NCBI GenBank assembly: GCA_000091205.1
Contig: AP006483.2
Direction: 5' to 3' (one strand)
Length of the DNA stretch: 64,000 nucleotides
From: Cyanidioschyzon merolae
Taxonomy: Eukaryota
The position numbers and the translations under genes are program-made. The notes under the pieces are model-generated. The model ran no database searches, was not told where the DNA came from, and saw only the letters and a list, made by a program, of their open reading frames with translations. Position 1 is the stretch's first letter. Each line of letters opens with the position of its first letter. Below, in pieces: positions 1-11,126 of the stretch.

Positions 1-311
1 CGGAGTTTCGCGCACTTGATGTTTCCCATGATTACATTGGTACTGGATGAGCAATCCAGACTGGAGACCAAGTTGCGCGATTTTGATTTTTCTACGACCC
101 CTCATGTGAAGCGGTGACGCACATTGCGTGGTGAAGCGATTGGTGCGGTGACTGAAGTTCTAGACCAAGACTGTCTTCCATCGAACCAGAAGATATGAGC
201 GCGCCTGGGAGCATGCCCTGTGGGAAGTATCAAGTCGGCGCTGAATACTGGTGCATGGATGTCCGCCAAAAGAAGAGGACTAGTCTCTCAAATGGAACTG
301 CTTATTTGACA
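1..311 (+). repeat. R1 direct repeat, copy 1 (about 305 bp). It is cut by the window edge, so it may extend upstream.
   Basis: Bases 1–311 match 9737–10046 almost exactly, in the same orientation, with only a few mismatches (e.g. gatttttctac vs gatttgtctac; cagaagatatg vs cagaggatatg). The alignment ends at ...aatggaactgc. Confidence 0.9.
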
Positions 312-2511
312 AGTTCCGTGAACGCTCGGCATGGGCCTGTAAAACAGTCTTCAGTCTAGCGACTTGAAAGCAGTCTTCACAAGTAGCCTTAAATGTGCAA
401 GATCCAAAACCTGACGTATACATTATTTCAGCGTGCTACACGCAAGTAGAGGAGAAGTACAGATTGTTGTACATAAGAAGTCGATAGTTATTTTGAGTGT
501 GTTACCCAATCTTTTCCGAGAAAGTCGCGAGTCATCATGATTCGAACGATGTAACGAGTTCGGAGGCTAACGAGTTGGATGAGCCACTGCAAAAAAAAGA
601 CCGAAAAAAGTAAACCTATGCACGAGTCCGTAAGCCCTAGTTGCTGCATTTTGGATGCCGAGGCTGTATATCTCACAAAAAGTTTGGAGAATTATCGAAA
701 TGCAGGAACAGATAGAGCTGTCCATTGTACAATTTTTATTTGGCATGGGTGTACCAGTAGTTGGCGTAAAGACGAGATTTCCCGTCCTACTGGACGACGT
801 TGGCTGCGTCTGAGATGGAAGGTTTCGGAGTCTGGCTTTAAGAATGAATGCACGAGAATCTGGCGCTTCTTGAGCGAGAGTGTCTTAAGGCGCAACGAGT
901 CCACAATGAACTCGAATCGTATGCCCATTCGCACGCATGCAAGCAATGAAACGTCCGTCATTGGCACGACTTCAGCATCCATTAGCATTCCTAAGGCGTT
1001 TCAGGTTGTCGATGATCAGTGTAGCATCTCCGATATTGAGAACCTCTCAGAGCGACATTATCCGAAAGATCTCCAGCGGGCGCCCTGTATTATACCGTAG
1101 AGCTGGTCAACCTCCGTGCTGTAACTGCACCGACGCCATGAGTGCTATCGCGGACGCTCAGGGCAAGCTCCATGCACGATAGAACGTGGAAGATAACCAG
1201 TATCTCCGAGAAAAAGAATGTCTATTGGGACATGGCAACAGGTTGAACGATGGATGCTTCACCGCGCCCTGAGATCGAGGGCGTAATCGGAGATTCGTGG
1301 CCTATGTAATCGAGCTGTAAAAATCAGTTGGCAGGTATGATCCAATAATGCACTATTTAGAAGCGGTGTAGGCATTCAACAGAAAAGGTCTCCTCGATGA
1401 CAGTCCACGAGAAGTTCTATAGCTCGACGACGCAAATGCTTCAGAGCCGTGCGAATATGGCTCTCCTTCCACAGGCCTTTCCATGCTGGAATGCCCTATG
1501 CGAGAAAAATTAAGCGAATCTACCGTTGTCGCAGATCCGATGCTTCTTGCACAGCGGACTTTGCTCGATATGTGCATGCGCCTCGCTCCTGGTTTACTTG
1601 AATATACATTGAAACGAGTAATGCACATGGCAAACGATTTTCGCGTGCATGAACAGCACTTTGCACGTCTTGCGAAGCCAATTCTTATTGAGGATCGCTG
1701 AGCGCCGCGAGCAAACCATGTCGAAATCCGTAAAATGATTCCGTACGATTGGACGCTTCCTAACTGCCGAGAGCAATCGCAAAATCGGAGGAATCATATC
1801 AGATTCATCGATGATGTATGATGAAAACGATAGAATGCGTTCGCCAGCATGGGAGCGATTGCCCGGAAGCATGCCATGTCTTTGAGTGATCTCATTGAAC
1901 CGGAGACCTCAGCTTTCTAGGCTCGGGGTTCACGCACATGGTCGCGGTTGAGTTACCTGAACAATTCCAGCAGATAAGTACAATTGTCTCTACTTCCAGT
2001 CCGGAAGGAAAGGATGATTCGAGGCAGGCGTGTAGAATAGAAAATCTCGATTGATTCAGTCAAGGGCTATTGGTACTATTCGTGACAAATCCACAACATC
2101 AGCCAGCACGATAGCTCGAGCGGAGCGATGCTAAGGTCGCTTGTAACAAGTCCGCAAATTTGAGACACTCGATCATTCCAGCTGGAAAAAAACTCGGATT
2201 ATTCCCATGTGACCCGTAGCATAGAGCAGCTCCGTCGTTCCAGTAGGGGAAGCCTTGCAATGCTCGTACGAAGCCCGCAGCATAGAGCCGCTCTGCCCAA
2301 CTTGGTTGTTCTAGCTTTAAACGAAAGAAACGGCGCCCCTGGCTATGCATGCCGTGTTGCAGCGGACAGGATGATGAAAATCCTCTTAATGAAGGCAACA
2401 TATGCTCCACAAGATTGTTCCCCTGAAATTGCACAGCACCTTATGTGCGCCCTACGACTGATGCTACACCTGAACTGCTCGTAGATCTTGCCACCTCTTC
2501 GAGACCGCAGT

Positions 2512-4488
2512 CTATTTGAAGTTGGCGGATCTAAGCCATCGATCGAGAAATGTCGCCGTCGTGGAGCTCCTGCTACTGGGAACCAGAGATGCTGCAGCAT
2601 TTGCATCTGAACAAGGTGCGGGCGCAGGCTTCGCGGAGACCCAGAGGCGAATGTCAAACTGCGCAGGAGCACAGGATCGGCCCCTGGGAAGAAGCGTTGA
2701 CCTCTGGCGTGCTAATTCCGTTGCACTATTCGAGTCGCCCATCAAAGGGTGGCCGCGTACAGGACCACCATCGCCGTCAGCGAGTATCGATGAATCGGTG
2801 TTCAATCGCGTTCGCTTCCCAGACGCATTTTCGTTTCGTATGAAAGCTTGGGCGAGCGGATCATTGTTTCCAAGGAGCATCCCGCATTTACTTGCGCACA
2901 TTGAACACACGTCCGGTCCTACGAGCGCATGCAAGCTTTCTGAGACTCGTCCAGGGGTGCTCCCAGTATTCTCAGGGAACCCAACGGCCTGTGAGCTGCG
3001 CTCATTGCAGACCGTTGCCGACTCTACGACGCTTATCCGTTCCGGTTCAGCAGCGGTTCCGAGGGGCGCAATAGGACCCCTCGGCAGCAGAAAGACAGCC
3101 TCGCACTGCCGCTCTCTCTCCATATCGAGCGCTGATTGAAGTAGCGAAGAAGGCTCGGTATGTCGATAAGAGATAAATTCCGAGAATCCAATGCCGACAA
3201 GCGTGCATCTTTGCTCAGTACAATCGTCCAGATTTTTCTGGAGAAGCTGCAGTGCCTGCGAGAAAAGTAGCCTCTGAGCTTGTTCTATAATGCCAAAGCT
3301 AGAGGTTGATACCAAACGCCTAATTGCAGCTTGCAGCGCTGAATGCATCCGGGTACTGCGAGAGCGTCGGCTTCCCTTACCAAGACGCCAGTATACCGCC
3401 ACTCGGCGTGGCAGCCGACCATACTGTTGGCCATGATGCTTCATTCTCGTTACACAAGCGAGCGCAAGTGCATACAGCTTCTCATGAAATGCCGCAGAGA
3501 AGAGCTCCAGTCCTGGGAAGGAATCCTCTACATGTATACGCTGAAGGGGACCTCGAGAATATACCTCCTCTGGGAAATCCCCTCGCGCTGCCAACCAAAT
3601 GTCTCGTGCTCGCTTCGCAAAGACTGCTGCAAACTTTCCGAATGTTTTTCGTATTGCATGTTCGAGCGTTAATGGAGAATCGAAACGCGTTCGGAGTTCT
3701 TTCACCGTTCGAACATGTAGCTCCTCCGAAAGCAGGCGTTCGAAGCGACGTCCCACGTATGGAAGCGATCGTAGCTCGAGTTCGGAGAGCCATGAGTCGG
3801 CCCTCACAGTGGGCACAAAGGTAGTTTGCCCATTCGGCTTATGCATATTCGCAGCAAACTTGGCGAGCATTTTGTTGAAACCCACCCCACAGGATATCGT
3901 TATTCCTGTTCGTTCGAACGCCGCATCCCGCATATTTTTGGCGATATCAGACCCAAGCGCAAGTCTGAGCTCTTCCTCGGGGCCTACGAGGCAAATATCA
4001 GGTTGCAAACTCTCGGGCATAAAGTCACGAGGAAAGACTGCGCCGACGTATTCGTTCAAAGGGCCTTTCTGGGCGCACTCTGCGTTCATGGAGCGGAGGC
4101 GTCGATCCACTACCGCGGTTAAATCAAAAATATATTCGTCTAAACCTACCGTTTCGCAACGATGCTCCCGACCCACTTCGTCGAGCGACCTCAGCTTTTC
4201 TTCGAGTGCTTCACAAATCCGCTCCTGGGCATCGCGATACGGTGTCAGGTCCTCTCCGCAAAAGAGGACGAGCTCTGGGCAGAGACGCTTCGCCTCGTCT
4301 ACTCTCATTAGTTTGCCAACACCGTATTTCCTAGCCTCATAGTTACAAGTCACCACAAGGTGTTTTTGGAAAACTGCAGCGGGCTTTGAACGGAGAGACT
4401 CGTCGCCAACTGCGTTCAACTCCACCTGACAGTAGAAATAGTCGGCGTCGAACACTGCAACGACTCGCGAGGCGTCAAGGTTAAACAT
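2512..4488 (-). CDS. Y-family DNA polymerase (Pol eta/RAD30-like translesion polymerase), 658 aa
   Basis: The N-terminus RVVAVFDADYFYCQVE matches the catalytic motif at the start of Pol eta (RVVALVDMDCFFVQVE). Also ITISCGVGFNKMLAKFAANMHKPNGQTTF (the SAGIAxNKxLAKxxxxxNKPNGQ motif) and LPYVGRRFERLL (thumb / helix-hairpin-helix). The ORF is uninterrupted. Confidence 0.8.
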   Translation of the reverse strand: MFNLDASRVVAVFDADYFYCQVELNAVGDESLRSKPAAVFQKHLVVTCNYEARKYGVGKLMRVDEAKRLCPELVLFCGEDLTPYRDAQERICEALEEKLRSLDEVGREHRCETVGLDEYIFDLTAVVDRRLRSMNAECAQKGPLNEYVGAVFPRDFMPESLQPDICLVGPEEELRLALGSDIAKNMRDAAFERTGITISCGVGFNKMLAKFAANMHKPNGQTTFVPTVRADSWLSELELRSLPYVGRRFERLLSEELHVRTVKELRTRFDSPLTLEHAIRKTFGKFAAVFAKRARDIWLAARGDFPEEVYSRGPLQRIHVEDSFPGLELFSAAFHEKLYALALACVTRMKHHGQQYGRLPRRVAVYWRLGKGSRRSRSTRMHSALQAAIRRLVSTSSFGIIEQAQRLLFSQALQLLQKNLDDCTEQRCTLVGIGFSEFISYRHTEPSSLLQSALDMERERQCEAVFLLPRGPIAPLGTAAEPERISVVESATVCNERSSQAVGFPENTGSTPGRVSESLHALVGPDVCSMCASKCGMLLGNNDPLAQAFIRNENASGKRTRLNTDSSILADGDGGPVRGHPLMGDSNSATELARQRSTLLPRGRSCAPAQFDIRLWVSAKPAPAPCSDANAAASLVPSSRSSTTATFLDRWLRSANFK

Positions 4489-6517
4489 GTGTACGAAGGT
4501 TCACAAGAAGTGAGAGCAAACAGTGAAGTGCCTCGTTAACGTCATCAAAGAGCTTTAGATAGTGGCCTTTGTCTGCATTTCTGAGCAACACTACAGTCGA
4601 AGGGAGAGCAAAGCTCTAACTGGTCGCAAACTATTCGACTGCAAACAAAGCTCTTCCTGGCCGAAAATTCTGCAGTGCAGAGCCACGGGGGGACGATGAA
4701 TGCAATCTAACATTGAGCTGCTCGCACTAGTCCAGCTTTTCAGTAAATCCGCTGCCTTGTAGGCGTACAGTATCGACGTTCCAACGGCAGCAATAAGACC
4801 TTAGGGATTCATACCAGCCTTTGCGGTTTTGGTCGTCTTTTAAGTGCGGCATCCTTGACTATTATCCGCTGCAACTTGTTACTTCACAGGAATAAAGATT
4901 ATTCGCGAATCCATCTAGTAGTGGTTCATAAAATAACCGATATCATTGCACAATTCACACGCAGAAGTGTCCACTCTTTGCCTCAAGTCACGTGCAGCGT
5001 GTTAATATAACGCGTCTTTCAAGCTGTCGATTTTTCTGCTCTGAGGCAACTCGCGTCCGCTGCACTTCGCGCCGTAGATTGACAGGGAAGAAAACTTGGC
5101 GTCGTCCCCGAGCGACTTCTCTACAAGCTCATGCTAAAAGCTCACTGAACATCTAACTTCAATTAATCGATACCGTCTGAAAGACGAATTCTCCTCGTTT
5201 TGTCACTATCGAAAATTTGGCATTGGATGGCAGCATGAGAACTCTCGCGGGATGTGCTCGCAGAGGCATCCGTCTCTTCAATTTGCATACAAAAACGGAC
5301 TTGGGCGCCGACAGTTCTCACCGCAGCCACCCTTCTCAGTGGAAAGGGCATCATCGCTTTGCAGGGGGGGGGTGCAAGGACGGCTGGAAAATTCTCGGCG
5401 TCTTCTCTAGCTTTGAATATTTTTTCTGGCGCATGATCCATCGCGGACATCAGTGCATTCAGCAAACCCGTTATCGAACAGGGTAGCGTGCGCCTGCATA
5501 TGTAGCGATCAGAGAACTCGCTGAGGAAATCGCTCAGACGAAGCCCGTGAGCGTAGAGCATGGCACGGGGCGTTGAAACGGAGGAGGGTACCGTGGCGGG
5601 GCTTCTGCATATTTCAAGCGCGTGTACCGAGCGTTTTTGCAAGCGTTCATGCCCCGCAGGACGGAGTTCGTCGTGGGATGTGTGGTATACGAATTGGAAC
5701 ACTTGACTAAAGTCTAGCGTTCCAGCTAGGAGGAGCACACCCAGGCTACATACAAATGCGATGAAAATGGCGAGCGAAGTTTAGATCGCAACTGCCGTCT
5801 GTGCGGGAAATGCGCAGACAAGAGCAGGAAACTGCGTTTTTCCGACGTTAATGCTGCCGTCATCATCTTGAGAGTGTTGAAACCGGAGCTGGAAGAGAGG
5901 GTTAAACTGGCGTATTTTACGTCAAATACACGAGAGAGGAAACGGAATTAGAAGCAGAAAAATCCGCAAAGGCTCGCTCTGATGATATTAGGAAGAAACC
6001 GAAACATCAATGAGTATGCGCGATTTAACTGAGTGGACCCACTCCGTTTTAGTCTGACAGGATGCAACTGAAGACTCATCTACACATATCCTCACAACTG
6101 GGTCATTCTGGATGCGCGACAAGGAGCCGAAGCAACGGGGACTACGCTGCACCACCCTCTGCTGCAGGCTTTTGCGTACCAACGAGTCTACGATTAGTGC
6201 TCTTCTGAATATGCAGGCTTGCCGCATGGTTGTGTGACGATGAGCTCCAGAGCGCGAAACTCTGACAGCAACACACTCCAAAACACATTGAAGTGTCGTT
6301 TCTAAGCTGCAGGTCGCTGGGCTGGTTTCCTTTCCTCAGTGACAGGAAGAAGAGCACAAGTATTTGAAAACCTCCCTTGACGAAAGCATCATTTCGCTAC
6401 GTTCCACTCTGACGTTCTAGAAGCTGTCGAACACCTTCCGTGGGCAGTGCTTCTTCATACCTGAGGGGATAAGCTTCCCGGCGGCGGCCGACTGTTGGTG
6501 GTGGCTCGTGGAGAAGC

Positions 6518-7948
6518 TTGACGCACACGGGACAACGAACAATAAGCGGACTTCTGGAAAGATACTCTCCAGTGCCTTTTTGGGAATTTGCGAGTTTCTG
6601 TCTGCACTCTCGCACTGTCTGTGAACCGCAGGTGGAGGCAAGAGGTTGGCACCGGAGACGACGTGCGGCAATGTCTCGTACTGACAACGTCGGCGTTTCC
6701 AGAACCCTGAACGCTGCACCGGTTGGAGCACCCAACGCTGCTATACCATCAATGCCTTTCGGTAACTTACTCCTTGTGGGGAGCTGCACTCTGCTCTTTT
6801 TATGCCAACAAGCGTTGCAAATACCGCTATCAGCAGTATGCATCGATCCGGAGCTGCAGATTTCCAGCAATACGTACCGCTTATTCACCGCTCCTTTTTT
6901 TCATGTGAACCTTGTTCACATCTTTGCGAATATGATTGTGCTGCTGGACATTGGGCCTCCGCTTGAACGCCGCCTTGGCTCCTTTCTCTTCCTATTCATT
7001 GTTTTTCTCATGATTTGCGTCTCTGGTGTTTTTAGAGCGATTTTGGCGATGTCTGTTCGGGTCGCCTTGACACCCTTCGAAATGTCGACTAGAGCGCCCC
7101 TGCTGCCGCTCCTTTCGTACATCCGTCGGCAGACGCACGCCTGTGCGGTGGGATTTTCGGGCGTGCTTTTCGCTTTCTTGGTGATCCACGTCCACCAGTT
7201 CGTCGCGACGGATATCCTATGGATACTGGGAGTCGTTCCATGTCCGTCACGCTTCTATCCTCTGGCATTGTTGGTACTACTTCAACTCATGGTTCCAGCT
7301 GTGGACCTTTGTGGTCATCTAGCAGGTATGCTGGTTGGTTACACTTACGTTCGAGGCTGGCTATGGCCGCTGCTTGTTCAACTCATACCGGGGGGGTTTA
7401 TACGGAACCTTGATGAAATACTTGGCTCCCGGATAACAGTCTGGGCAGCAAAGCCTTCCGATGAGGAAGGCAATATAATGCGGAGCAATAGGTTCCATCC
7501 GAGCACAACGGCAACCTCATTCTCATCTATGTTCGAAAATGGTGCAAGATTCTTCGAGTCGCTTCTCCGAAGAGTATTGCCGTCAAGGCGATCGAGCCAA
7601 ACGCGGATGCAGAACAATCTTGACGAGTCAGTTGAAAGCGGCATTGCAGCAGAGGTTAACACGGACCGTAACCAAGACGTTATTCTTTATGCTGATACGC
7701 ATGAAACGGAAACGCAAGCTCCAGTCGAGCAGCTCGTTCGAGCAGGGTACCAGCCGAATGATGCGTTCGAAGCGCTCGCGGAGGTACAAGGGGACGTAGT
7801 GGCGGCTAGGCTGATCATCGACACTCGGCTTACCGCACAGCTGGTCGAAATCGGGTTTGATTCGACAGATATTGAGCATGCGCTGCACTCAGGCTGCCCC
7901 AAAACCATCACTGCAATCGTTGAATGGATTAGTTCATTAGAGCATTGA
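6518..7948 (+). CDS. Rhomboid-family intramembrane protease with C-terminal UBA domain(s). The likely true start is the Met at 6671.
   Basis: There are multiple TM segments. The rhomboid catalytic Ser is in GFSGVLFAF and the His is in the GHLAGMLVGY helix. Two UBA-like segments (EQLVRAGYQPNDAFEALAEVQGDVVAARLII; QLVEIGFDSTDIEHALHSG...AIVEWI) sit at the C-terminus. Confidence 0.7.
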   Translation: MTHTGQRTISGLLERYSPVPFWEFASFCLHSRTVCEPQVEARGWHRRRRAAMSRTDNVGVSRTLNAAPVGAPNAAIPSMPFGNLLLVGSCTLLFLCQQALQIPLSAVCIDPELQISSNTYRLFTAPFFHVNLVHIFANMIVLLDIGPPLERRLGSFLFLFIVFLMICVSGVFRAILAMSVRVALTPFEMSTRAPLLPLLSYIRRQTHACAVGFSGVLFAFLVIHVHQFVATDILWILGVVPCPSRFYPLALLVLLQLMVPAVDLCGHLAGMLVGYTYVRGWLWPLLVQLIPGGFIRNLDEILGSRITVWAAKPSDEEGNIMRSNRFHPSTTATSFSSMFENGARFFESLLRRVLPSRRSSQTRMQNNLDESVESGIAAEVNTDRNQDVILYADTHETETQAPVEQLVRAGYQPNDAFEALAEVQGDVVAARLIIDTRLTAQLVEIGFDSTDIEHALHSGCPKTITAIVEWISSLEH

Positions 7949-8021
7949 GAGTGCGCTCTTCGTATGGAGAGCGGTGGAAGCCGTCTGCGTAGCTGAATGC
8001 CTCCTCCCTGCGCAGGGTGCT

Positions 8022-9017
8022 TCAAGTGCGAGAACTGGGCTGGACCTGGAAAAACGTACAGGCAGCCCACATTCCGAGTGTGACAAAGGCGCTGACCACA
8101 CTTGCAGGCTGTAACCATTCAGGCACTAGACCGACGGCGACTGCCTGCTCTATGTTGAACCAGCTGACGAGGGCGAACGCAAGGACGAAACCAATGCCTC
8201 CGAACATGAAAACGAGGCCCATCGTTTTCAGTGCTGCAGGTCTGTTAATGGGGCGCACCTCGCCAACGTTTCCAAATTCATCACGTCGAACCTCTGGTTG
8301 GCCTCTGTTGTATAAAAACGCCATGCTGGTGATGAAAGAGATCGGCAGCGAACTGGTCGCAAACCGTGGAATGAAAAATCCCAAAAGGCCAAGAATCGCC
8401 ATGATAATCGAAGTCTTTCGGAGGTACTGCTTCTCTGGCACTTTGAAGATTCCATAAAGAAGACCTCCAGGGCTAGTGAGCTGCCGACCAAGCCAGCTTG
8501 TCTTCCACCAGGGCTGCTTCCGCAGCCGCTTCTCCAGCGGTGACTCGCGCACTATACCCTCTAGTTTTCCTTGAAGACGGCGTCGGAGCTTATCGTCAAA
8601 TATCTTGTCCCGCAGCACCTCAAGCTTCGAAAGCTGCTTAAAATCGTCTGCGTACTTGATTTTCAGTTTCTCGAACGCTTCCTGGATTTCTTCGAAGGTC
8701 GCACTCTCAGAAACACCAAGTTCGCGATACGGATTCGTGCCGTCGCCGAAACCAGTGCCAGTCCGCCTGCGGCTGGAGCTCGAGCTGTCCCGCGTGGAAC
8801 GTCGAAAAAACCAAAATAGAGCTGTTAAAGCGAAAACTCCTTGAGTCGAACCCCCAGGCAGTTGTTTCTGCGGCCAAGCGCGCTGAGTATGAAATTTTCG
8901 CAAGAACCCGGAGCGTCGGCTGCTACCGAAAGTTCCAAGACAAATCCTCCTTTGTAAAAACCCAGGCCACCGTGCTGAGGTAGGAGAATTACTATGTGCA
9001 AAAGAAGCAGAAAACAT
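8022..9017 (-). CDS. Membrane protein with a J-like domain, CPP1/CDF1-like, 331 aa
   Basis: An S/R-rich N-terminal extension is followed by a J-like helix region, NPYRELGVSESATFEEIQEAFEKLKIKYADDF, which lacks HPD. After this come 3–4 hydrophobic TM helices (IIMAILGLLGFFI..., MGLVFMFGGIGFVLAFALVSWF..., VVSAFVTLGMWAACTFF). This architecture matches plant and cyanobacterial CPP1/CDF1 proteins. Confidence 0.5.
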   Translation of the reverse strand: MFSASFAHSNSPTSARWPGFLQRRICLGTFGSSRRSGFLRKFHTQRAWPQKQLPGGSTQGVFALTALFWFFRRSTRDSSSSSRRRTGTGFGDGTNPYRELGVSESATFEEIQEAFEKLKIKYADDFKQLSKLEVLRDKIFDDKLRRRLQGKLEGIVRESPLEKRLRKQPWWKTSWLGRQLTSPGGLLYGIFKVPEKQYLRKTSIIMAILGLLGFFIPRFATSSLPISFITSMAFLYNRGQPEVRRDEFGNVGEVRPINRPAALKTMGLVFMFGGIGFVLAFALVSWFNIEQAVAVGLVPEWLQPASVVSAFVTLGMWAACTFFQVQPSSRT

Positions 9018-9736
9018 TCTTTTTGCAAAAGGCAGTGTTTGGGTACCGAAGTACTCGAAGCACGACTACTGAGCTTCTCAAAATAGCTGCAGACAATCAT
9101 CGCCGTCGTCCGCATGCGCATCGCAGAGTAGTCGCTGGCGGCACCCCCAAATCAGAACGAACTTGAAAGGGTCTACTTGGCTACCTCGGGCGTATACTCT
9201 AAACATTGGGCGTCTCCCCAGTGTCACCAACACAAGCCGTTGTGAGCCTTTTCTGAAACTGCATCGCTTCTCGTTCTCATCTCTCGCTTTAAGCTCGCCG
9301 GCTTCTAAAGTCCCTTCCGCTCTATCGCCAGCATTCGAAGGGTGATGATCGCGGCGTGATAACCCCGATTAACCTGTTTCCTGATGTCTTCTGTGCTTTT
9401 TATGCACAGGCAAAAGTTGCGATCTAAACATCACTGGCAACTACTCCCTTTCGTGCGTTCGGCCTGGATGCGCACTCCGCAATGGTATCACCGGGCTGTG
9501 ACGGGGGTTTCTCAAACGTCCACAACTCTTCCTTTTCAGCGCACCGCCATGTCGAGCGTGAACGCGTGCTTCATGGCTCTATTGCATGCCCTTGACGGGT
9601 ACAGAAGGCTATCGTCGATGCCCTGCTCCGGTTTTGCCCCAATTAGAGTGTCCAACGAGTACGGGCGTCTTTCTAGGCGATAGCCTCGGCGAGTGCATTG
9701 TCTGTTGCACACGCAAGCGCAAGCTGTTCCGTGCGA

Positions 9737-10046
9737 CGGAGTTTCGCGCACTTGATGTTTCCCATGATTACATTGGTACTGGATGAGCAATCCAGACTGG
9801 AGACCAAGTTGCGCGATTTTGATTTGTCTACGACCCCTCATGTGAAGCGGTGACGCACATTGCGTGGTGAAGCGATTGGTGCGGTGACTGAAGTTCTAGA
9901 CCAAGACTGTCTTCCATCGAACCAGAGGATATGAGCGCGCCCGGGAGCATGCCCTGTGGGAAGTATCAAGTCGGCGCTGAATACTGGTGCATGGATGTCC
10001 GCCAAAAGAAGAGGACTAGTCTCTCAAATGGAACTGCCTGTTTGAC
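9737..10046 (+). repeat. R1 direct repeat, copy 2
   Basis: Near-identical to 1–311. It lies 0.7 kb upstream of the start of the minus-strand CPP1-like gene. Confidence 0.9.
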
Positions 10047-11126
10047 GAAAAACCTTGAGTAATCTTTCCGCACACGTTTGCGAACAAGTCGTCAAAGGAT
10101 TTTGTCGCGTTTTTTTCTATCTCAATCCAACTTCTCCAATAATTGAGCCCAATTAGTTGCAGTAAGACAAAATAGATCAAAGCTTAAAGATGGGTTCTTT
10201 TTGCATTCTACACGGAAGAAAAAGGAAGACAACAGATTTTTTATGAGGATGAATAGTATTATGGTATCGGTTGTTTCACGAACTCTCGTTCGAAGGTGTC
10301 GCAAATCAATTTGTTTCCGGTGACGTTACGAATTCCAACTGCAACATATCGAGGGAACCACTCCAAAAAAGCACCTTAAAATCCGAAAACTACCCGCGAA
10401 TTCAATAGCTCTTATTGCTACTGCTTGAATGTCGAGGTCCTCTAACCAAAGAAAGTTTGAGAAGTCGAAAGGCATTAACACTGCAAGCAGTTATATGTAC
10501 AGCGAAGAAAACAACATTCGTTCTACCACCATAGAGGATACATTGATACACACGGATAGACGCCACCCAGACTTTCTTGACTGGCCTCCTCAAATTGTTT
10601 CGGTTCATCCAGGTACAATAATAGCCTGAGAGACTGGTCCACGAAAATAGGTCACCTCAGCTCTTCGAGTATCTTCTTCAGTTCTGCAAACCGTATGATA
10701 ATGATGGCGGTGTTAGAATCATGGTTCACGAATTGCTTGCTTTTAAAGCCTCTGGTGGCGCAGATCTATGCAAGGGTTCCTCGCACTCGCGCCCTCTGGG
10801 CGACTGCAGTCTCGTCATCTTGCCGTCAGGCAAACAACTTTTCTCGCCTATCTCCCCTCGACTTCTTCTTCATTTGCTTTTCTTCTCTCGGTGGGCGATG
10901 AGAGAAGGATTTTTGCTCTTTGTTTCCGAGGGGCATGCGATGACGGCCCTCCAGGATCCCCAGCATTCATGCCGATACCTTTCCCTTAGATTTTTTACTT
11001 TTGAATATGAAAGCACACCGACCTCGTCTGCTATAAACCGCGAGAAAGCATTCCATTACACTCTCCTAGGGTTGGAGCGCAGTCGAAATGAAACACTATT
11101 CACACTATCGCCTTCGATTATAGCCA

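Noticed and set aside
8825-8900. gagtcgaaccc motif as a possible minus-strand tRNA T-arm
   Set aside because: It lies inside the CPP1-like CDS, and the surrounding sequence does not fold into acceptor and T stems. I identified no tRNA.
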